A stretch of DNA of 64,000 nucleotides. It comes from an uncultured Isosphaeraceae bacterium (GTDB lineage Bacteria > Planctomycetota > Planctomycetia > Isosphaerales > Isosphaeraceae). The notes under the pieces are model-generated. The model was not told the origin of the DNA. It did not search any database and saw only the letters and a program-made list of their open reading frames with translations. This document shows positions 22,752 through 33,746 of this stretch, one piece after another. Each line of letters opens with the position of its first letter. Position 1 is the stretch's first letter. Position numbers and translations under genes: made by a program. The stretch spans positions 191,209 to 255,208 of the forward strand of contig CAWDZZ010000004.1 of assembly GCA_963806595.1 (NCBI GenBank). The letters are read 5' to 3'.

Positions 22752-25700
22752 ATGACGATGTTCAAATTACCGATCGTGGCCCGCTCGCAACCGTCGCAAC
22801 CACAGACCCAGCCGTTCAGCCCGCAGACGGCGGAGAAGACCTCACGGTTGCGTGGTGCTACCGTCACGGAAGGGCTGTGTCCGTACTGCGCCGTCGGCTG
22901 TAGCCAGCTCATTTACACCAAGCGCGGCCAGCTCATCGATATCGAGGGAGACCCGCGCAGCCCGATCAACGAGGGCACACTATGCCCCAAGGGTTCAAAC
23001 GCGTTACTCCTGGCCGTCAACCCGCACCGCGTGAAGACCGTCCGCTACCGGGCTCCCTACTCCGAATAAATGGGAGACCCGAACCCTCGACTGGGCACTC
23101 GATCAGATCGCTCTCCGCGTCAAAGCGGCACGGGACGCCGACTTCACGGCGAAGGACCAAGAAGGTCGCATGCTGAACTCAGTGCGGAACATGGGGACCC
23201 TCGGCGGCGCGACGCTCAACATCGAAGACAACTATCTGATCAAGAAGTTGTTCTGCGGTGGTCTGGAGTTGTCTCGATCGAAAACCAGGCACGAACTTGA
23301 CACTCCGCTTCGGTGCCCGGTCTGGGCGCCTCGCTTGGCCGCGGCGCGGCCACCAATTACCAGCAGGATCTGCCGAATAGCGATTGCATCTTGATCATGG
23401 GCTCGAACATGGCCGAGGCCCATCCCGTGGGTTTCCGATGGCCCATGAAGGCCAAGGAGGCGCGGCGCAACATTGATCCACGTGGACCCGCACTTTTCGC
23501 GCACGTCGGCGCACTGCGACCTCTATGTCCCGATTCGGACCGGCACCGACATCGCGTTTCTCGGCGGCATCATTCACCATATCCTGACCCATGACCGCTG
23601 GTTCAAGGAATATGTCCTGGCATACACCAATGCGTCGAACCTGATCCAGGAGGGCTTCCAGGACACCGAGGACCTGGACGGCCTGTTCAGTGGCTACGAC
23701 CCAGATACCGGCACCTATGACGCCGTGAAGGGACACTGGGTGTACGGCGCTCGGCCGGCAGCCAAGACGGTCCGGACGGGCCGGTGGAGGAGGGTCGGGC
23801 CGACCCGTCCGCGCCGCGAGAGGCTGAGAGCGAGTCCCGCAAAGGGGTTCACGGTTATGCCATCGATGGCGGGGCCACCACGAATGCCGCGGCGCGTTCG
23901 GAAACGTCGCCCAAGCCCAATGGTCGCCCGGTGCGCGACCCAACCCTGCAGCACCCCCGTTGCGTCTTCCAGATCCTCAAACGCCACTTCTCTCGATATA
24001 CGCCGGAGACAGTATCCCAGGTGTGCGGGTGCCCGGCTGATGAGATCATTCGGGTTGCCGAGCTGCTCTGTGCCAACTCTGGTCGTGACCGGACGAGCGT
24101 TCTGGTCTACGCTGTGGGCTGGACCCAGCATACGACCGGCGCCCAGATCATCCGCACGGGGGGCATCCTGCAACTTTTGCTGGGCAACATCGGTCGCCCC
24201 GGTGGTGGGATCCTGGCGCATGCGCGGCCATTCCAGCATCCAGGGCTCGACGGACGTCGCGACGTTGTATGACCTGCTGCCTGGCTATCTCCCTCAGCCC
24301 ACGGTTGACAGAGTCCACGAGACGCTGGATTCCTACGTCGCGCACCAAGGTTTGGCCACCGGGTACTGGTCCCACTTCCGCGAATTCGCCGTCAGCCTGC
24401 TCAAGGCGTGGTACGGGGACGCCGCCGGACCCGCGAACGACTACCATTTCGACTGGCTGCCGCGCATTGATGGCGACCATTCGCAACTGCCAACCTTCAA
24501 CCGCATGTCACGGGGCGAGCTCAAAGGCTACTTCCTCTTCGGCCAGAACCCGGGCGGCGGCGGCATCAACGCGGGGCTGCACCGCGCAGGCCTGCGTAAC
24601 CTCGAATGGCTGGTGGTGCTCGACTGGTTCGAGACCGAAAGCGCCGTCTTCTGGAAGAGCGACCCGAACGGGCCGCCGCCATCCGACATCAAGACCGAGG
24701 TTTTCTTGATCCCCGCCGCGGCGAACCCGGAGAACGACGGAACGCTGACTAACACGCAACGGCTGCTTCAATGGCACTCAAAGGCGATCGACCCGCCCGA
24801 GGATTGCCGCTCCGATTCCTGGTTCGTCTACAACCTCGGGAAGCGGCTCCGCCAGCTCTACGCCGGCTCGACCGATCCCAAGGATCAGCCACTGCTTTCT
24901 CTCACCTGGGACTACGACTACGACTCACCGGCGCGGCTTCCCGACGGCTCAATGAGCCGCATCGAGGGGGATGTGGACGCCGAAAAAATCCTGATGGAGA
25001 TGAACGGCTGCAAGCTCGATGAGACCGACCCGCGGACCGGTCGGCCGCGCCTCTTGACCGGCTTCTCGGAACTGAAGGGAGACGGCACGACGGCATGCGG
25101 CGTCTGGATCTACAGCGGCGTCACGCCCGAGCCCGGTCGCAACCGGGCCCGCGAGCGCAGGCGACAGATAATCCGATTCATCCGGAATGGGGATTTGCCT
25201 GGCCGGACAACCGCCGCGTGCTTTTCAACCGCGCCTCGGCCGATCCCGATGGCCGGCCTTGGTCGGAGCGGAAAAAGCTCATCTGGTGGGATGCCGAAAA
25301 GCGCCTCTGGGTGGGACTCGACCGGCCGGACTTCGAGCCGGACAAGCCCCCCGACTATCGCCCTCCGCCCGGTGCGACCGGCATGGCTGCGATCGCCGGC
25401 AACGAGCCGTTCATCATGAAGCCCGACGGCGTCGGCTGGCTCTTCGCCCCCAGTGGCGCCAAGGACGGCCCATTGCCGGCGCACTACGAGCCGCTCGAGT
25501 CGCCGGTCGGCAACTTGCTCTACCCCAGGCAAGCCATGTACACCCGGGCGTGCGCACGTTCCCGGGACCACTGAACCGGCTGGCGCGCGCGTCCCGAGAC
25601 CGAGTACCCGGTGGTGGCCACCACCTACCGTCTCACCGAGCACTACCTGAGCGGGCCGATGAGCCGGTTCAACTCATGGCTCAACGAATTGCAGCCGGAG

Positions 25701-26111
25701 ATGTTCGTGGAACTGAGCCCCGAGCTGGCGGCCGAGCGCGGCATCGTCCACGGCGGGTGGCTGACAGTCAGCTCGGCGCGTGGCCGCATCGAGGCGCGCG
25801 CGATGGTGACCGGGAGGATGCGTCCTCTCGTCGTCGATGGGCGAGTGATCCACCAGATCGGCCTCCCATTTCACTGGGGCTTTGCCGGCCAGACCGTCGG
25901 CGGCAACGCCAACGACCTGACCTCGCTGGTGGCTGAGCAAAACATCAGCATGCACGAGGGAAAGGCATTCGGCTGCCAGGTCGAGCCCGGCCGCCACAGC
26001 GGACGCCCTCCGCGTGCAACGGTGTCACTGGTGACCTGGCCGACCCGCACGCCGATTCCCGACACGCCGGCCTCAGCCCAGCCGGAGGGGGAGTTCACGC
26101 ATGGCCATTAG
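22752..26111 (+). CDS. fdnG: Formate dehydrogenase alpha subunit (Mo-bisPGD, FdnG/FdoG-like), selenocysteine-containing. At least five apparent frameshifts.
   Basis: N-terminal Fe-S motif CPYCAVGCS...CPKG. 'IENQARTUHSASVPGLGASLGRGAATN' aligns with the E. coli FdnG 'QAR(U)H...GRGAMTN' selenocysteine context. C-terminal 'RLTEHYLSGPMSRF...IGLPFHWGFAG'. Ends with TAG overlapping the fdnH start. Confidence 0.85.
23298..23300 (+). other. In-frame TGA at the conserved selenocysteine position of the formate dehydrogenase alpha subunit (predicted Sec codon).
   Basis: Reading through TGA keeps the conserved sequence contiguous, joining ORFs 23070-23300 and 23313-23594 in one frame. Confidence 0.75.
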
Positions 26112-27066
26112 AGAGCTCGAACTGGAGGCTCTGCCGCAAACCGGCGACCCACCGATCGGCCCGCTATCAGCGATCCTGAGACGACTCACCTGGCCATTCC
26201 GGCGCGGTCGTGCTCCGGAGCACCGTCCGGCCACAGGCTTCTACACGGACACCACGGTTTGCATCGGCTGCAAGGCGTGCGAAGTCGCCTGCAAACAATG
26301 GAATCAGCTTGCCGCGGATGGGCTCAACTGGACCGGCAACAGCTACGATAACACGGCCGAGCTCTCCGCCACGTCATGGCGACACGTGAAATTCATCGAG
26401 CAGTTCGCCGCGAATGGACGGCCCGCTTGCCCCGATCTCGCCGACTCCGGGGAAACGAGCCGCGAAGTCACTCTCGACCAGTTGTTGAACGGGGGCGGGG
26501 CCGATCGCTGGTTGATGATGAGCGACGTCTGCAAACACTGTGTCGCGGCCCCTTGCCAGCACGCTTGCCCCACGGGTGCCATCATTTATAACGAGTTTGC
26601 GAACGTTTATATCCAGCACGATATCTGCAACGGCTGCTCGTACTGTATCGCGGCCTGCCCGTTCGGGGTCATCACCCGCAGCGACTTCGATGGCCACTCG
26701 CACAAGTGCACGCTCTGCTACGACCGCCAGCGAGACGGTCTCGTCCCGGCCTGCGCGAAGGCTTGCCCGACAGAATCAATCCAGTTCGGGCCGATCGACG
26801 AGCTGCGCGATCGGGCTCGAAAGCGAGTCGATGAGCTTCACGCGCGAGGCGTCCCGGAAGCTTACCTCTACGGCGAGGAACCCGGCGAGACCTACTCGGA
26901 GCTCCATTCTTTCTATCTCCTCATCGATCGTCCTGCCGTCTATGGACTCCCGGAAGCTCCCTTCAATCCGTGGCTGCACTTGATCGGTGATTACGTGCGC
27001 ACCATCGTGAGCGCGCTGGCCACGGTCGCCGCGATCCTCGCGGTGTTATTCTTCCAGGGAAGCTGA
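26101..27066 (+). CDS. fdnH: Formate dehydrogenase beta subunit (4Fe-4S ferredoxin-type, FdnH-like) with a C-terminal membrane anchor.
   Basis: Multiple CxxCxxCxxxCP motifs (CIGCKACEVAC, CKHCVAAPCQHACP, CNGCSYCIAACP, CTLCYDR...CAKACP). Intact 321-aa ORF overlapping the fdnG stop. Confidence 0.85.
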   Translation: MAIRELELEALPQTGDPPIGPLSAILRRLTWPFRRGRAPEHRPATGFYTDTTVCIGCKACEVACKQWNQLAADGLNWTGNSYDNTAELSATSWRHVKFIEQFAANGRPACPDLADSGETSREVTLDQLLNGGGADRWLMMSDVCKHCVAAPCQHACPTGAIIYNEFANVYIQHDICNGCSYCIAACPFGVITRSDFDGHSHKCTLCYDRQRDGLVPACAKACPTESIQFGPIDELRDRARKRVDELHARGVPEAYLYGEEPGETYSELHSFYLLIDRPAVYGLPEAPFNPWLHLIGDYVRTIVSALATVAAILAVLFFQGS

Positions 27067-27077
27067 GATGCCGGGCG

Positions 27078-27977
27078 ATGGCCAGACGCGGACGATTGAG
27101 CCCGGTTATTCGAGCCTCGGAGGTGACCAAGGTGCCGGGCTGGCACGGGCTGGTCGCCTGGGATCTGCTCTTCAACAACTTGACAACCGGGCTCTTCCTG
27201 TTCGCAGCGGTCGGCGAGCTTGCGTTCCCGGGGTTGCTCGCCCCCGTCGCCAAGGCGGCGTATCCCGTCTGCGCTCTGCTTCTTGCTGATCGACCTGATG
27301 CTCTTGGTGCTCGACCTGGGCGACCCGCTTCGGTTTCACCACATGCTGCGAGTGTTCAAGCCCAGTTCGCCCATGTCGCTGGGTACGTGGAGCCTGACCG
27401 TCTATTCGTTGCCGCTGACCTTGATCGTCGCGATCGAAGCGGCGCAAGCGATCAACCTGCTGCCGCCCGATTCGATCGCGCTGGAATGGGTTCGTAGAAT
27501 GGCCGTTGTCGCCGGGTTGCTTCCCGCCTTCGGATCGCTCGCCTACAAGGGGGTGCTCTTCAGCACGAGCTCGCAGCCGGGCTGGAAGGACGCCCGATGG
27601 CTGGGCGGTTTCATGGCCAATTCCGCACTCATGCTGGGTTGCGCGGTGATGCTCGCCGTGTCGGTCCTGACCGGACACCCGCGGGCCGCCGCCGATCTCT
27701 CCGGACCGTCCTCATGGTGCTGCTTCCACTCAACATCATTCCAGCGGGTCTATTATTCGCAGAATTTCACAAGACTCTGTTTCGGCTCTACGCCGACCGG
27801 CAGGTTTATCTTGCCTTGGTGCTTCTCTTCGTCGGAGGAACACTGATACCGCTCGTCCTCCTGCTCGTGGGGGATGGCGCCCCCGGAATCCTCGGTGCTG
27901 TTTCGCTCATCGTGCTAGGGAGTCTGGCGATTCGTTCTCTCTTCATGAAGATCCCGCACGCTTCTCATGAAAAGTAG
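27078..27977 (+). CDS. NrfD/PsrC-family integral membrane subunit of the formate dehydrogenase complex, with two apparent frameshifts.
   Basis: 'DLGDPLRFHHMLRVFKPSSPMSLGTW' matches the NrfD-family hallmark DLGRPxRFxH...SxMSxGxW. Multiple TM segments are spread across three frames. Confidence 0.65.
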
Positions 27978-28048
27978 ATCATGATGGGAATGATGAAGCA
28001 CGTTGTCGTCGAGATCACTCGATCCGCGGCCCTGTCGCGGGAGGGCAC

Positions 28049-28991
28049 ATGACCAGGCCATGCTACAGGACCGGAGTCGCGAGCGTCCCGGTCGAGCGAG
28101 TAACGGGGTCGCTGTCACTTCAAGCGATCGACCTACTGTCGGTCGAGGAACCGCTGGAGATCCGAGTCCGGAGTCGAGGGACGGCGGTGCTCCCAGGTCG
28201 GTCGCGGTGACGATGCGGACGCCGGGCGACGACGTCGAGCTGGCGGCCGGCTTCCTGTTCACGGAAGGGTTCATCACTGAGCGGGACGATCTGGAGGGCG
28301 TCGAGCGAACGGGGCCGAATGCGGTGCAAGCAAGGCTGCGGCCCGGGGTCGCCCTGGACCCGGCAAAGCTGGACCGTCATTCGTTCGTCTCCTCCAGTTG
28401 CGGTGCGTGCGGCAAGCGGTCGATCGCCGCCGTGCGCGCGTGCTGCGCCGGCATCGGATCGCTCCGGGGGAACCTCGAGTCGCCCCCCTGGTCATCCACG
28501 GCCTGGCGGACTCGCTCCGGGCCGGTCAGACGGGGTTTGCCCGAACCGGCGGCATCCACGCCTCGGGCCTCTTCGATGCATCCGGCGGACTGCTCGGCCT
28601 CCGGGAGGACGTTGGCCGCCACAACGCCCTGGACAAGCTGATCGGGGCGGAGCTCCTCGCCGCCCGGACGCCGCTGGCCCTTCGCCTGGTGCTGGTCAGC
28701 GGCCGGGTCAGTTTCGAGCTGGTGCAGAAGGCGGCGATCGCCGGTGTTCCGGTCGTGGGCGCTGTCGGGGCTCCGTCCAGCCTGGCGGTCGAGCTGGCCC
28801 GCGAGTGCGGAATGACATTGCTCGGCTTCGTCCGAGATGGGCGTTTCAATGTGTACTCTGACTTCGGCCGGATCGATTCAACAGATGACGAACCCATTTC
28901 GCGTAACGGGATGCGACTGATCGGAGGCGAGCACGCCATTGCGACTGAAGGCCAACTCGACTCGAATCCGGATGGATCGCCAGGACAATGA
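28049..28991 (+). CDS. fdhD: Formate dehydrogenase accessory sulfurtransferase FdhD, with at least two apparent frameshifts.
   Basis: 'VAVTMRTPGDDVELAAGFLFTEG', 'SSSCGACGKRSI' and 'EDVGRHNALDKLIGAELL' are FdhD signatures. Confidence 0.8.
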
Positions 28992-29195
28992 GGGCGCTCT
29001 TCGATCATGGCCGAATCGTCGATGCTCTCCGTTTCGGCCCAAGCCTGGCATTCTCGTACGCCGTGGAATCTGGACCGGCGCCCTCGAAACCGCCCGAAGG
29101 CGTCTCACGTCAACGGGCGCCTGGCGAATAGGATTAAGTTTCGGGGACACCATGCAATTATCGACAGAGATTTGTAAATTCCGTATTCCCCGAAG

Positions 29196-29640
29196 TCAGC
29201 CGAGGGCGTGGCCCTTCTGCCGGAATGCCTCGGCGAGCTTGCGCGTGCTCTTGCAAGTCCACCGAAGGGGCGACTGAGGGTCGCCTCGGGTCACGGGATC
29301 GACGAGGTCTTCCAGGTCTCTAAGGAGCCGGGTGTCGTGCTCGACGAGGGGCTTCCGATCTCCGCCGGGCCGTCGCACACGACTTTGCGACTCGCCCACC
29401 TCGCCCTCCGCCCCCGCCTGTTGCTCCCGAATGCCGCCGGAGATGGTCGTCCGGGACAGGCCGGTGGCGAGGGCGACCGTCGTGACGCCGCCCCAGCCGA
29501 TCTCCTGTGCGTCGGCTGCGGCCCAGAGCCGCCGGAGCCTCTCGTTAAGGAGCGGCCTCAGGGCCCGGTATTTACGCCGGATGCTCTCGATGAGGGCTGC
29601 GTCTGCCACGGCGATAGGAACCTTGGCTGTGGGACCAGTC
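29196..29640 (-). mobile_element. Truncated ISAzo13-family ('Rhodopirellula-type') transposase; N-terminal ~150 aa only, hence an IS remnant or pseudogene.
   Basis: 'ADAALIESIRRKYRALRPLLNERLRRLWAAADAQEIGWGGVTTVALATGLSRTTI...RVRRPGGDRKPLVEHDTRLLRDLEDLVDPVTRGDPQSPLRWTCKSTRKLAEAF' matches the conserved N-terminus of ISAzo13-like transposases. The DDE domain is absent. Local GC content is lower than the surroundings. Confidence 0.6.
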
Positions 29641-29730
29641 GAAGCGGGGTGCCGATGCCTTGTTAGGACAGGGGCAGCGAATCTGATCGCCGTGGGTTCC
29701 GCCGTCCGGGCCGAGCTGGCGGCTCTTGGG

Positions 29731-30000
29731 TCAGGAGCCCACATCCGGCCATGCCCAGTAACCGAGTCTAGCCCGCTGGAGCAAGGCAGCAATGACGGAG
29801 CCGACAGCGAACACGATGAACGGATTCCGACACCTGCCCCACCTCGTGGAGATGTAGTAGATCAGGAACGGGGGGAAGAGGATGCATGCGACACCGAGCT
29901 TCCAGTCCTCCTTCATCGCCAGATAGATGATCAGGCCGATGCCACCAAAGACGGCGATCAGCGAGACGACCCACTGAAGGACTAACAGCAGAATGTTCAC
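29731..30000 (-). CDS. Small two-TM membrane protein, hypothetical.
   Basis: Hydrophobic segments 'LLLVLQWVVSLIAVFGGIGLIIYLA' and 'GVACILFPPFLIYYIS'. The start position is uncertain. Confidence 0.3.
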   Translation of the reverse strand: MNILLLVLQWVVSLIAVFGGIGLIIYLAMKEDWKLGVACILFPPFLIYYISTRWGRCRNPFIVFAVGSVIAALLQRARLGYWAWPDVGS

Positions 30001-30148
30001 CGACGCCGTCCTCCGAGTCGTGGCCTGCCCTGACCCGTGCGCTTCCCGGGCCGCAGGTCTGAATTTAGGACCCTCGGTATTCCATAGCAAGCAAAATTCA
30101 TCAGGTTATTTTTGCCCGAATCCTTAGCTTGTCTCCGGCGCCGCATCG

Positions 30149-30580
30149 ATGATCCTCTCGTACCACGATCTGCTCGACGGTGAAATGGTTAGATCCGCGT
30201 TGGTGGAGCAGAAGCTCAAGTTCCGGGTGAGAAAATATCCCGAGTTGGTCGCGCTCTGGACTGCACTGACCCTGCGACTGCAAGGCAACTGCAGGGTCAA
30301 CTTGCACGGGCGGGGTCCAGTCTACGACCTACAACCCGGGAACCTTGCCGAAGTGGGAGAGGTTTTTGCTAAGCGGGGTCGCGTCATGGGAGAGAACGAT
30401 GGCCGCGATCTTCAGGTCCATGGTTCCGATGCGGATACGCGCGCGGCGGAGCCGATGATATTCGACGCCGGCCCGCTCGTCGAAATCCAGGACGAGGATC
30501 TGTCGGAAGCTGTGGAGATGAGTCTTCAGCCGGGCGTATGCAGTTTGGACATCGCGTGCTCCGCGGTAACTGCGTGTTGA
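30149..30580 (+). CDS. Hypothetical protein of 143 aa in the low-GC islet.
   Basis: Intact ORF with lower GC than its surroundings. No recognised domain. Followed by an AAGGAG motif and the repeat element. Confidence 0.35.
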   Translation: MILSYHDLLDGEMVRSALVEQKLKFRVRKYPELVALWTALTLRLQGNCRVNLHGRGPVYDLQPGNLAEVGEVFAKRGRVMGENDGRDLQVHGSDADTRAAEPMIFDAGPLVEIQDEDLSEAVEMSLQPGVCSLDIACSAVTAC

Positions 30581-30614
30581 GAAAGGAGTATGGAATTCAG
30601 ATTAGCGCACAGGT

Positions 30615-30680
30615 ACGAAGAATGCCAACAACGGTACCTGACACCTTTTTCAGCAACGGTACCTGACACCTTTTTCTCAG
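30615..30680 (+). repeat. Two tandem copies of 'CAACGGTACCTGACACCTTTTT', preceded by 'CAGGTACGAAGAATGCCAACAA'.
   Basis: Direct repeats three nucleotides apart. Same core as the copies at 12.5 kb and 22.6 kb. Confidence 0.7.
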
Positions 30681-31500
30681 GGTACCACCAGATTGGACTG
30701 TTGCTGCGCGATCTGGATGCGGACGATCGCGCCGCTGTTGAACGCCAGGAAATCGCGCTCGATTCCGTCGGAGAAGATGACTCCGCCTTCGGGCATGGAC
30801 GATTGCACGACCAGCTCGTGGGATGGATCCAGAACGCCGGCCACCAGATTGATCTGCGAGTGCTTGCTCTTGAAGGGCTCGCGCACTACCCAGATGAGCT
30901 TGCGATCATCCCACTTCACGGTGAAGCCGGGCGGGGTCTTTGATCCCAGGAAGCTCGCCACGCCCGACGCCATGTTGAATACCGAGGAAAGCCAGCCCGT
31001 CGAGCCCGCGCCCGTCGAGACGATGATACCGCTCGAGGATTGCTGCTCCGTCCGCCCCGCGTGCTGGATACCGTAACGCGCCGAAACATGGCTGCGCTTC
31101 CGATGAACAGCTCATTGAACGCCAGCATGCGCTGGCCGTCGTTGAGCAAAGCCTCTGCCAGCGTGACGTGCCGTGACTTGTGCGTCCGCTTCAAGACGCT
31201 GCGCACGGCCTGGCGCGCGTTCGAGACCTTGAAGGGAAGGAGGATCCCATCGAAACGCGCCGGGTCGGGATTGACGCCCACGATCGGCACGTCTTGCACG
31301 TACTTGGCGACGTTTGCCACCATCCCGTCTTGACCCAGGACAACGACGACCTGGCTCAGGCCAAAATCAAACGTCGGAACATACTTCCGGTGCACGAACT
31401 GAATGCGTTCCTCCTCCTTGAGGTCGCGCTCCAACGTAGCCAGTGCCGTGCGGTAGGCTTTGTCTTCGTCTTCCAGCTCGCTGTAGTCGTCGGCCGCATC
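30677..31500 (-). CDS. NAD kinase / diacylglycerol-kinase-fold protein (NadK-like), with one apparent frameshift near 31070. The N-terminal limit is uncertain.
   Basis: 'VVVVLGQDGMVANVAKYV' (GGDG-like), 'NELFI', and 'GIIVSTGAGSTGWLSSV' (DGxxxSTxxGSTAY-like). Confidence 0.55.
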
Positions 31501-31559
31501 GGGTGCCGATGCGCAGGCGCTCGCGCGCCTGCGGGCGCGCCGGCGCGCTCCGCCTGCCG

Positions 31560-32645
31560 GGCACGTTCGCCGGCGGCCGCCCGCTGGATGAGAAACTTGG
31601 CCTGGCCGCGCGTGCCCCAGCGATTGAGCATCCCTTCCAGCCGGGTTTCCCGATGGACAACGATGATGGGACTCGGGGAGAACATCACTTTTCTCCTGCG
31701 CCGCAGCAGTGAGTTGAGCAGATCGGGCGAGATGTTCAGCTCGCCGATCTTACCGGCATTCTGCGCGAGCTCCTGGAACCCGAGCGCGATCAGGAACTTC
31801 GGGTCGAGCGCGGCGTTGGCCGCCATGAGCAGGCGCCAATCCACGTCCTTGATGGGCTCCAGAACGGCTCGCAGCGCGAACGACCGGGCTTCGGCCTCCT
31901 TGTGCTGGTTGGCGACCTGGGAATCGACGAGCGTGGTCCGGCGTTGCTCGATGGCGATGTCGGCGCCCAACTGAGTGTCGCGAACCTGTCCCTTCTTCTG
32001 CTCCACCGCGATTTCGGTGTTGAGCTCGTTTTCCTTGATGGTCCGCTCTTGCTCGACGGCGGCATTGCGCCGTACGGAAATAGCCAGGTCGGCTCTTTGC
32101 AGTAAATCTTCGCGGGCCTGGGCCTCGAACGCCTTGCTCATTTCGGGCGTGGGCTTGATGGCGAGTATGACGACATCGAGGATCTCGACCCCCAGCGATT
32201 GCACAGCCGGCGATGCTTTCAGCCCGACCAGCATCGCGTCGCGCAGCTCCGAGGAGCCGATCAGCAGGTCGCGAAGCGGCTGCTTTTGCGTGAAGGCGCG
32301 GGCCAGCACCTGGGCAGAGTTGCAAAGCCGGTCGCCCAGCTTGGAGGGATCGTCAGACAGATACTCACCCCCCTTCGTGAGGCTGAAGTCGAGCATGCCG
32401 GCGGTTGTCTTGGGATCAGCAACACGGTAGGTGAGCTGACCCTGGATGGTCGCGTCTTGAAAATCCGAGGTGATCTCCGTGAAGACGAACGGCACGTCGG
32501 TGCTGGCCACGGGAACCTGCACGATGACGCTCAATGGAGCGAAGTAGAAGAACGACAACCCGCCCCCCTCGCGAACGACTTTTCCGCCTCGGTGCTGGAT
32601 CACATAGGTCGTTGGTGGCACCTTGAGAAATCGAATTCCGAGCAT
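31560..32645 (-). CDS. SPFH/band-7 (flotillin-like) domain protein. The C-terminal end is uncertain; the ORF track extends it to 31356.
   Basis: N-terminal SPFH fold ('PPTTYVIQHRGGKVVREGGGLSFFYFAPLSVIVQVPV...') followed by a long coiled-coil region rich in E, Q and R. Confidence 0.7.
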
Positions 32646-33078
32646 GAGCGGTCACTCCGGGAAGCGGTTGGAGTCTCACTGCCGAGTATCCCTGCGCAGT
32701 GCGCGAAGCCTGGGAACCTCCGGTCCAGCCCTGGGCGGCGATCCCTGGGAAACGCAAGACCTGCACCGATATTGTGGCTTCGCCGCACAGGATCAATTCT
32801 CCCAGTTTAACATGCCTGGCCAATATGTGGACCCATCGACATGATGGCCAGCGGCCGGCCGTTGTACGAGTTCTGGTGGCTCGAAGCTGGCTCGGATCCT
32901 CTTGATTGGTGCGCCGCGCGGGCGGATGATGCAGTGGCCCCAACCGATCGCGGGGTTCGGGCTATCTCCTCGCATGCGTGCTGGTTAGTCTCGAGGGGGG
33001 AATCGACTCGCGCTCCCGGACGGGTTCGCGCGGCGAGCGACGGCGCGCGGGCCGGGGTCCTGGGACGAGTGGCCCCGA

Positions 33079-33653
33079 TGAACGAAGTGACCCGCATCCT
33101 CGCGGCGATCGAACAGGGGCGACGCGCAGGCGGCCGATCAGCTCCTGCCGCTGGTCTACGACGAGCTGCGCAAGCTGGCCGCCCAGCGGCTCGCCCGCGA
33201 GGAGCCCGGCCAGACGCTCCAGGCGACGGCGCTGGTGCACGAGGCGTATCTGCGCCTGGTCGACGGCGAGCCGGACCGGGCCTGGAACGGCCGCGGCCAC
33301 TTCTTCGCCGCGGCGGCCGAGGCCATGCGGCGCATCCTCGTCGAGAACGCCCGGCGCAAGCGGCGGCTCAAGCACGGCGGCGCGCGGCGGCGGGTCGAGC
33401 TGGATGAGGCCGTCCTCGCGGTCGACGGGCCGCCGCGGAGGAGATGCTGGCCGTCGACGAGGCCCTGGAACGCCTCGCCGCCGAGGACCCGCAGGCCGCC
33501 GAGCTGGTCAAGCTGCACTACTTCGCCGGGCTGACCATCGAGCAGGCCGCCGAGGTGCTCGGGGTCTCGCCCCGAAAAGGCTATCGGATCTGGGCTTACG
33601 CCCGGGCCTGGCTGTTCCGCTCCCTGGGTGGCGAGGACCCGGACGGGGGCTGA
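33079..33653 (+). CDS. ECF sigma factor of the planctomycete STK-linked type, with two apparent frameshifts near 33110 and 33430.
   Basis: '[60 protein letters not shown]' and '[39 protein letters not shown]' are present. One insertion is an extra G in a G-run. Confidence 0.8.
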
Positions 33654-33746
33654 ACCCGGAAATCTCGGCTCGCGCTGGCAGTGATTCGTCCCGGACGTCG
33701 CACTGGGTTGGTGAGGTCATCCGCATCCCCATCGGAGGACGAGACG

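Noticed and set aside
23298-23300. TGA in fdnG as a nonsense mutation or pseudogene signal
   Set aside because: The position coincides exactly with the conserved selenocysteine of FdnG-type enzymes and the flanking sequence is in frame on both sides. It is interpreted as a Sec codon, although the frameshifts elsewhere in the gene remain unexplained.
12480-30680. Possible CRISPR array formed by the repeated GGTACCTGACACC units
   Set aside because: At most two direct copies per locus, spaced 3-25 bp apart, with no regular repeat-spacer periodicity and no cas genes. The copies behave as dispersed extragenic elements.
30590-30943. ORF 'MEFRLAHRYEECQQRYLTPF...' of 117 aa on the plus strand
   Set aside because: It begins inside the repeat element and runs antisense through the 3' half of the NadK-like gene. 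Its sequence is not protein-like.
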